Below, piece after piece: positions 57,498 to 64,000 of a DNA stretch of 64,000 nucleotides (positions are counted from its first letter, which is position 1; every line of letters starts with the position of its first letter). The position numbers and the translations under genes are program-made. A model generated the notes under the pieces. That model was given only the letters and a program-made list of their open reading frames with translations. It made no database searches and had not been told where the DNA came from. Source of the stretch: a bacterium (lineage in GTDB: Bacteria > Patescibacteriota > Minisyncoccia > UBA6257 > GWB1-50-10); NCBI GenBank assembly GCA_021813265.1, contig JAKALF010000001.1, positions 2,548 through 66,547 on the forward strand, read 5' to 3'.

Positions 57498-57944
57498 ATG
57501 ATAGTTAAAAGCCGGACAACGAAAGAAACAAGAGAGTTTGGAAAATTATTAGGAGAGACTCTCAAAGACGCGTTTTTCAACCAAGCTATTCTTATAACTC
57601 TATCAGGAAACCTGGGATCGGGGAAAACAACCCTCATACAAGGAATAGGGAGGGGGCTCGGAATAAAAAGGCAAATCACAAGTCCGACTTTTCTTATAAT
57701 GAGAAGTTACCCTTTTTCAAAAGAGAGGAAGTTATACCATATCGACGCGTACAGAATAGAAAACAAAAAAGACGCGGCTGTTATAGAAGGAGAAAAATCA
57801 ATCTTCAAAGACCCCTCAAACATTATCGTTATAGAGTGGCCGGAACGCGTACGCCACCTTCTTTTAAAAGAAAAAATTGTTATCATTCTCTCCCACGGAA
57901 AAAAAGAATTCGAGCGAACGATTGTTATACGAAAGAACGCATGA
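57498..57944 (+). CDS. tsaE: t6A biosynthesis ATPase TsaE
   Basis: GNLGSGKTT, ITSPTF, HIDAYR, IEWP. Confidence 0.95.
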   Translation: MIVKSRTTKETREFGKLLGETLKDAFFNQAILITLSGNLGSGKTTLIQGIGRGLGIKRQITSPTFLIMRSYPFSKERKLYHIDAYRIENKKDAAVIEGEKSIFKDPSNIIVIEWPERVRHLLLKEKIVIILSHGKKEFERTIVIRKNA

Positions 57945-60334
57945 AAAAATTTATCATTATAGACTCTCACGGATTAATTCATAGAGCGTTTCACGCCCTT
58001 CCTCCCCTTAAGACCCCCGAGGGTCATCCTATAGGAGCAATATACGGTCTCGCGACTATGGTTCTAAAAATCATAACAAAGCACCGACCGAACTATATAG
58101 TCGCGGCGTTTGATAGACCGGAACCGACGTTTAGAAAAGAAATGTTTGCGGAATATAAAGCCCAGAGACCCGAGGTTCCTCCTGACCTTATCTCCCAATT
58201 CAATGAAGCGAGGAGGTTTTTTGAAGCCATTACCATACCTGTTTGGGAAAAAGCGGGATTTGAAGCGGATGATGTTATAGGAACCTTGGTAAAACGTTTT
58301 TCAAAAGAACGTGAGTTAGAAACCGTAATTCTCACGGGAGATCTTGATACTCTTCAACTTGTAGGCGGTTCTGTTACGGTAGAAACGCCACAAAAGGGAA
58401 CTCAAGAAACCAAGCAATACGACGAATCCGAAGTCCTTAAACGCTTTGGAATATATCCTCAACAACTTATTGACTACAAAGGACTCGTAGGAGACGTTTC
58501 TGATAATATTCCCGGCGTTCCGGGAATTGGAGCAAAAACAGCGGCAACTATATTAGAAAAATTCAAAACCATTGAAAGCGCCATTGAAAAAATAGGAAGC
58601 GATCCGATTCTCAAAAAGCTTGATGGGAATGAAAAACAAGCGCTTCTTTCAAAAAATCTCGCGACAATACGCGCCGACGTTCCCCTATCCATCCCGTCAC
58701 TCGAGATGTTTTCCTTTAAAGAAATTAACAAAGAAAAACTTTCCTTGTATTTCGAAAGGGTTGGATTTCAGAGTCTTATAAAAAGATTAGGAAATAACTC
58801 CCCAAAAGAAGTTTCTCAAAAATCTTTTTTCAATGAAAACCTGGTAGTTTCTGAAAACGCCGGATTAAAGGAAGAAACACGAATCGCTTTTGATTGGAAA
58901 GAAATCATAAAAGAAAATCCCGCGTACTCCAAAGAAACGTTATTTGACGTGCGTATAGCGGCCTGGCTTCTCAATCCGGACAGAAGATTCGATTCCGAAA
59001 GAGAGGTGTTTGAAACCTATCTTAAAGACCCTATTGAAAACGCTGAAACAAATTTAAAAAAAGCATATGAAGTTCTTTCTAAAAAACTCCTAGACGAGGG
59101 CCTTATTCCCGTGTTCAAAACCCTAGAAATGCCTCTTCTTGAAATCCTCGGGGAAATGGAAAAAAATGGAATCTTGGTTGATAAAAAAGATCTTGATCTG
59201 TTGCATAAGAAAATTTCGAAAGAAACGGGAGTTCTCGCTGAAAAAATATATAAAGAAGCCGGAGAACGGTTTAATATAAATTCTCCTCAACAAGTTGCTC
59301 GTGTTATATTCGAAAAAATCGGCATAGATTCCAAGAAAAAAACTCCCACGGGAAAGCTGAAAACGGGACGAGGAATACTGGAAGACTTAAAAACCGAACA
59401 TCCCATAATCCCCCTTCTTCTAGGATATCGGGAATATTTCAAAATAGATTCCGGCTTTGTTCTTCCTTTAGCTGAACTGGTCGGAGAAGACGGAAAAATA
59501 CACACAACGTATCTCCAAACAGGAACCGCGACGGGAAGGATTTCTTCAGAAAAACCCAACCTTCAAAATATTCCTCAAGAATCTCGCTGGTCGGAAGAGG
59601 TAAGGAACGTGTTTAAATCATCTCCTCAAAAAACATTGGTTTCTTTTGATTATTCGCAAATAGAACTTCGTCTCCTTGCTTATTTAAGCAAGGACGAAGG
59701 CCTTGTGCGCGCGTTTAAAGAAGGGAAAGATATTCACACCTTGACGGCAATGCGGGTTTTTGGAGTTCCCAGTGAATCGGTAACTAAAAATATGCGGAGG
59801 GTGGGGAAAACGCTCAATTTTGGCGTTATCTATGGAATGGGACCCAGATCCTTCGCGAAAACCAGCGGAGTTTCCGTAGAAGAAGCGAAAACAATCATTA
59901 AAAACTATTTCCAAAACTTTCCTGGAGTAAAGAATTGGCAGAATAAAATTTTAGAAAACGTGAGAAAAAATCATTACGCGGAAAATATACATGGAAGAAA
60001 AAGGTGGTTTAAAACTGAAAAATCGTACGCGGGAGAATTTGAACGGGCGGCTATTAATATGCCCATACAAAGCCTCGGCGCGGACACGATTAAAAAAGCT
60101 ATGATTGAGACAAAGAGAACGCTTCTTAAAAAGGGTTTTTGGGGGAGTGGAGTTAATCTACTACTCACAATACACGATGAATTGCTCTTTGAAATAAGCG
60201 ATGATATCCTAAACAAAACAGTTCCTTTAATTAAAGAAATTATGGAGTCTTCCTCAAACATTTCAATCCCTCTTGTGGTGGAAATAAAGACCGGAAAACG
60301 TTGGGGAAGCATGATTCCGTTTCAAATACTATGA
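57941..60334 (+). CDS. polA: DNA polymerase I
   Basis: 5'-3' exonuclease (EADDVIGT, GDVSDNIPG) and polymerase motifs (DYSQIELR, K.LNFG..YG, IHDEL). Confidence 0.96.
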   Translation: MKKFIIIDSHGLIHRAFHALPPLKTPEGHPIGAIYGLATMVLKIITKHRPNYIVAAFDRPEPTFRKEMFAEYKAQRPEVPPDLISQFNEARRFFEAITIPVWEKAGFEADDVIGTLVKRFSKERELETVILTGDLDTLQLVGGSVTVETPQKGTQETKQYDESEVLKRFGIYPQQLIDYKGLVGDVSDNIPGVPGIGAKTAATILEKFKTIESAIEKIGSDPILKKLDGNEKQALLSKNLATIRADVPLSIPSLEMFSFKEINKEKLSLYFERVGFQSLIKRLGNNSPKEVSQKSFFNENLVVSENAGLKEETRIAFDWKEIIKENPAYSKETLFDVRIAAWLLNPDRRFDSEREVFETYLKDPIENAETNLKKAYEVLSKKLLDEGLIPVFKTLEMPLLEILGEMEKNGILVDKKDLDLLHKKISKETGVLAEKIYKEAGERFNINSPQQVARVIFEKIGIDSKKKTPTGKLKTGRGILEDLKTEHPIIPLLLGYREYFKIDSGFVLPLAELVGEDGKIHTTYLQTGTATGRISSEKPNLQNIPQESRWSEEVRNVFKSSPQKTLVSFDYSQIELRLLAYLSKDEGLVRAFKEGKDIHTLTAMRVFGVPSESVTKNMRRVGKTLNFGVIYGMGPRSFAKTSGVSVEEAKTIIKNYFQNFPGVKNWQNKILENVRKNHYAENIHGRKRWFKTEKSYAGEFERAAINMPIQSLGADTIKKAMIETKRTLLKKGFWGSGVNLLLTIHDELLFEISDDILNKTVPLIKEIMESSSNISIPLVVEIKTGKRWGSMIPFQIL

Positions 60335-61626
60335 AGAGATTTTTAAAAAACTATTCCCATTATATATGGAGTGAAGAGGTTTCCTCTTTTTGGGTTCTCC
60401 TTGTTATAGAAATCGCGGCCTCTATCGCGCTTCTTATTTTTCCGAAATCAACCATCCTGCTTCTTGGTATTGTTCTTGTATTTTGTCTTAGCCTGCTCCT
60501 GCTTCTTAAAAGCGCTGTCTCGGAAGCTCTCTTTAAGGAACGATCAATGAAGCAAGACAAGGGTTTTTCTTCGCTCATAGAGAGCCTCGAAGACGCTGTG
60601 GTTATCTATGACCAGAACTTTAAGATACTCGCGATTAATAGGGCGACCGAGACGATGTTTGACGTCAAAAAAAACGAGATTGAAGAATCTTATATATCCC
60701 CCGCGTCCATAAAAAACAAGCGCCTTTTTCTTTTAACACAGGTTCTCTTTCCGTCTCTTGCCCCGGGAGCAAAACAGCTATCAGAAGTGAACGCGTGGCC
60801 TAATATCGTAAACCTCTCGTTTGAAAATCCTAGAATGGAGATGACAACAACTTTAAACAGAATTCTTGATGAGCGCGGGGGCGTTACGGCTTTTATAAAA
60901 GTCATAAAAGACAAGACTCACGAAGCTTCGGTTTTATCTTCAAAAAATGAATTTATCGATGTTGCGGCGCATCAACTAAGAACCCCTCTGACCGCTATTC
61001 ATTGGGCAATGGAAAATATCGTAAAGTCCTCAGAAAATAACCCTGAAATCCTAGAAATCGCGAAAGAGGGCCTTAAGGTTTCGGAGCGCTCGCTTAAAAT
61101 AACCAACGATCTTTTGGACGCGTCAAAAATAGAAGACGGGAGATTTGGTTACACGTTTAAAGAAACAGACCTAGGACAACTCATAGGATCGGTGATAAAA
61201 GAAATGAGTCCAATCGCGAAAGAATATGGGGTTGAAATTATAAGCCCCTCCCCCATAAACAATCTTTTAGCGACTCTGGACGAAAACAGTATTGGTATGG
61301 TTCTTTTCAATCTCATTGACAACGCCATAAGATACAACACAAAAAACGGTAGGGTTTTTGTTTCTACTGAAAAAACAGATAATAATGTCAGAATTTCTAT
61401 AAAAGACACGGGGGTTGGTATTCCTGAGAAAGACTTGCCTTATGTGTTTGAAAAACTACACAGAGGATCCAACGTCGTACAGATCGAACCAAACGGAACA
61501 GGGTTGGGTCTTTATATAGCGAGAAATATCATAAAAAGACATGGTGGTGAAATGGGGGTTGATTCAATAATAAACAGGGGCACCACGTTTTGGTTCACAA
61601 TCCCCACAAACCAAACAAAAGCGTAG
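60331..61626 (+). CDS. PAS-domain sensor histidine kinase
   Basis: 2 TM, PAS, AHQLRTPL, NLIDNAIRY, DTGVGI, GTGLGL. Confidence 0.92.
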   Translation: MKRFLKNYSHYIWSEEVSSFWVLLVIEIAASIALLIFPKSTILLLGIVLVFCLSLLLLLKSAVSEALFKERSMKQDKGFSSLIESLEDAVVIYDQNFKILAINRATETMFDVKKNEIEESYISPASIKNKRLFLLTQVLFPSLAPGAKQLSEVNAWPNIVNLSFENPRMEMTTTLNRILDERGGVTAFIKVIKDKTHEASVLSSKNEFIDVAAHQLRTPLTAIHWAMENIVKSSENNPEILEIAKEGLKVSERSLKITNDLLDASKIEDGRFGYTFKETDLGQLIGSVIKEMSPIAKEYGVEIISPSPINNLLATLDENSIGMVLFNLIDNAIRYNTKNGRVFVSTEKTDNNVRISIKDTGVGIPEKDLPYVFEKLHRGSNVVQIEPNGTGLGLYIARNIIKRHGGEMGVDSIINRGTTFWFTIPTNQTKA

Positions 61627-61628
61627 TT

Positions 61629-62105
61629 ATGACTATCATCGGCATAGATCCTGGTTTTGCTAGAGTTGGATACGGAGTTATTCAAAAAAGAGGCGAACGT
61701 ATCATATATAGATCGGCCGGAATCATTGAAAGCGCGAACGGATCTTCGTCAGAGCGTGTTTGTTTAATGGAAAAAGAACTTGAGACTGTTATAAAAAAAG
61801 AAAAGCCCTTTTTGGTCGGAGTTGAAAAACTTTTTTTCTCAAAAAACAAAAAAACGGCTCTTTTAGTCGCGGAAGCCCGTGGAGTTATTATAAACACACT
61901 TTTAAAGAAAAATATTCGCGTTCTTGAGCTTTTCCCGTCGGAAGTAAAAATGGGAGTAACGGGAAGTGGAAACGCCTCAAAACAAAGCGTGGCTTTTATG
62001 GTCTCTAGAATTCTTGGCATAAAAACCGATTTTCTTCTAGACGACGTAACCGACGCTCTCGCCATCGCTATAACCGCGGCAAATACGCGATCTTTTGGGG
62101 GTTGA
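61629..62105 (+). CDS. ruvC: Crossover junction endodeoxyribonuclease RuvC
   Basis: IGIDPG...GYG, VEKLFF, EARGV, DDVTDALAIA. Confidence 0.95.
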   Translation: MTIIGIDPGFARVGYGVIQKRGERIIYRSAGIIESANGSSSERVCLMEKELETVIKKEKPFLVGVEKLFFSKNKKTALLVAEARGVIINTLLKKNIRVLELFPSEVKMGVTGSGNASKQSVAFMVSRILGIKTDFLLDDVTDALAIAITAANTRSFGG

Positions 62106-62195
62106 CTTCCTTAAAATCTTGGTTATACTTTCCTCAATATATAATTTCCGTTGTGCGGAAAAGGTCGTATAGAAATGTTCAATATAACCTTAATA

Positions 62196-62363
62196 ATGAG
62201 CATTAAAGAATTAACCAAAACAAAAATGAGGGTTAATGAAGATGGGCTTTCTGAAAATGACGAGGATATAGAGGAAGATTATGGCTTGGTGGATGAAGAA
62301 GAGAATGAGACGGAGAAGCCCCTTGAAAAAGAAGAGTTTGAAGACGAAGAGGAGGGTTATTAG
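62196..62363 (+). CDS. Small highly acidic protein
   Basis: Own promoter TTGACT-17-TATACT (62102-62130) and terminator ~62383-62400; start ambiguous (62175/62196/62226). Confidence 0.65.
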   Translation: MSIKELTKTKMRVNEDGLSENDEDIEEDYGLVDEEENETEKPLEKEEFEDEEEGY

Positions 62364-62435
62364 TATTTTAGGAAAACAACGTCCCATAGCGATATGGGAT
62401 TTTGTTTTTTATGAAAAAACGCTAAAGTTAAAGCG

Positions 62436-64000
62436 ATGGTTATGATCAAAAGAAAAAAAATTTCGTTAAAAAAACAAAAAAAGAGCGGAAGGGCCGCGTC
62501 GCGTTTTTTTATCATTCTCTCGATTTTTTTTGCTCTTCTTATTATATCAACCGCGTATGTTTTAAGTTTTATTCAAAACCTTCCTTCTCCCGAGCAATTC
62601 GCGACAAGACAAATAAGCCAAACTACGAAGATCTACGACAGAACAGGTAAGGTTCTTTTATACGAAATACATGGGGACGAGAAGAGAACCGTGGTCCCAT
62701 TCTCTGAAATTCCTGATTATGTGAAAAGAGCGACCCTGGCGGCGGAAGATGCCGCCTTTTACAACGAACCGGCGTTTAATTGGAGGGGTATTGTACGAGC
62801 CATGATCGCTAATATAAAAAGCGGAAGCTTTTCCCAAGGAGGATCCACTATTACCCAACAGTTGGTTAAAAAATCTCTCCTTTCGTCAGACAAAACCATC
62901 ACAAGAAAAATAAAGGAGTTGGTTCTTGCTATAGAACTCGAATCAAAATATTCAAAAGACGAGATTCTCTATTATTATCTAAACCAGATACCCTATGGAT
63001 CAAACGCGTATGGGGTAGAAGCCGCGAGTCAGACGTATTTTAACAAATCAGTAAGAGATATAGATGTCGCGGAGGCGGCGATACTCGCTTCTCTCATTAA
63101 AGCTCCTTCGTATTATTCCCCATGGGGAAATAACGTAAAAGAACTTATAAGCCGACAAAAATATGTTCTTGAAAGAATGCGTTCTCTGGGATTCATATCA
63201 GAAGATCAGTACAATAACGCGGTAAAAGAAAAACTCGAGTTCGCCCCCCAATCTCTTGGTCTCATTAAAGCCCCCCATTTCGCGCTTATGGTAAAAGACT
63301 ACCTTATTGGGCGATATGGGGAATACACAGCGCTCCAAGGAGGGTTAAAGGTTGTAACAACGCTCGATATGAATCTTCAAAACATAGCGGAAAAGGTTGT
63401 TGAGGATGGCGTAAAAAGGAATAAAGAGCTCTACGGAGGAACCAATGGCGCGTTAGTTGCGGAGGATCCGCGTACGGGCCAGATACTTGCTTTTGTGGGA
63501 TCAAGAAATTATTTTAATGATGAAATAGATGGGAAGTTTAACGTTCCCATCCAGGGATTAAGGCAGCCCGGATCCGCTCTGAAACCTTTTGTGTATCTTA
63601 CAGCCTTTGAAAAAGGATATTCCCCTAAAACGGTTCTTTTTGACGCCAAAACAGAATTTGACACCAGAAACGATCCTCAAAAAAGCTATCAACCCGAAAA
63701 CTTTGAAGGAACATTTGTTGGTCCTGTAAAAATGGAAACAGCTCTTGCTCAGTCCATGAATGTTCCTGCGGTTAAAACACTTTATCTTGTGGGAATCAAT
63801 TCCGCGCTTAAAACATTCAACACGTTTGGAATATCAACCCTGAAAGACCCGTCAAGGTATGGTCTTTCTCTCACGCTTGGAGGAGGAGAAGTAACCATGA
63901 TGGATCTTATTAAAGCGTATTCCGTTCTCTCACAAGAAGGGGTTTTACATCAACAAAAAATAGTTTTAAGAGTAGAGGATGGATTGGGAAATGTGCTTGA
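62436..64000 (+). CDS. Class A penicillin-binding protein (PBP1A-like), partial
   Basis: TM, TKIYDRTG, AAED..F, QGGSTITQQL, RKIKE, YLNQI, RQPGSALKPF; open to the window end. Confidence 0.93.
   Translation, partial: MVMIKRKKISLKKQKKSGRAASRFFIILSIFFALLIISTAYVLSFIQNLPSPEQFATRQISQTTKIYDRTGKVLLYEIHGDEKRTVVPFSEIPDYVKRATLAAEDAAFYNEPAFNWRGIVRAMIANIKSGSFSQGGSTITQQLVKKSLLSSDKTITRKIKELVLAIELESKYSKDEILYYYLNQIPYGSNAYGVEAASQTYFNKSVRDIDVAEAAILASLIKAPSYYSPWGNNVKELISRQKYVLERMRSLGFISEDQYNNAVKEKLEFAPQSLGLIKAPHFALMVKDYLIGRYGEYTALQGGLKVVTTLDMNLQNIAEKVVEDGVKRNKELYGGTNGALVAEDPRTGQILAFVGSRNYFNDEIDGKFNVPIQGLRQPGSALKPFVYLTAFEKGYSPKTVLFDAKTEFDTRNDPQKSYQPENFEGTFVGPVKMETALAQSMNVPAVKTLYLVGINSALKTFNTFGISTLKDPSRYGLSLTLGGGEVTMMDLIKAYSVLSQEGVLHQQKIVLRVEDGLGNVL

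Noticed and set aside
315-63504. Numerous antisense or alternate-frame ORFs inside long conserved genes
   Set aside because: No motifs or initiation signals; explained as shadows of the real CDSs

Overview
Chromosomal segment of a small-genome bacterium. The gene set and style (no biosynthetic pathways, PilB-type ATPase, many leaderless genes) suggest Patescibacteria/CPR, Parcubacteria-like; this is an inference. TGA is used as stop (code 11). Housekeeping genes (HU, rny, secG, rnj, trpS, ileS, argS, smpB-ssrA, infC-rpmI-rplT, murE, ruvA/B/C, rpsT, holA, tsaE, polA, class A PBP) and 6 tRNAs are interspersed with self-contained ORFan cassettes. The main find is a diversity-generating retroelement (DGR) at about 15.9-18.5 kb, with a target gene carrying a C-terminal VR, a second repeat copy, an Avd-like four-helix-bundle gene and an RT. 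It is atypical in three ways: (i) the repeat in the template (TR) position is itself adenine-depleted and VR-like, with only 6 of 20 mismatches at TR adenines, so no canonical template is visible; (ii) avd is encoded antisense between TR and RT, with a C9 tract near its start; (iii) the RT carries a single in-frame TAA. Other points: a domain-deleted iPGM paralog lacking metal ligands, IleRS with an inserted histidine-phosphatase domain, an EamA-glycoside hydrolase fusion, a Cys-less family-4 UDG, a probable leaderless AUA-start infC, and leaderless core genes versus Shine-Dalgarno-led accessory genes. All calls come from manual reading; no database searches were run.
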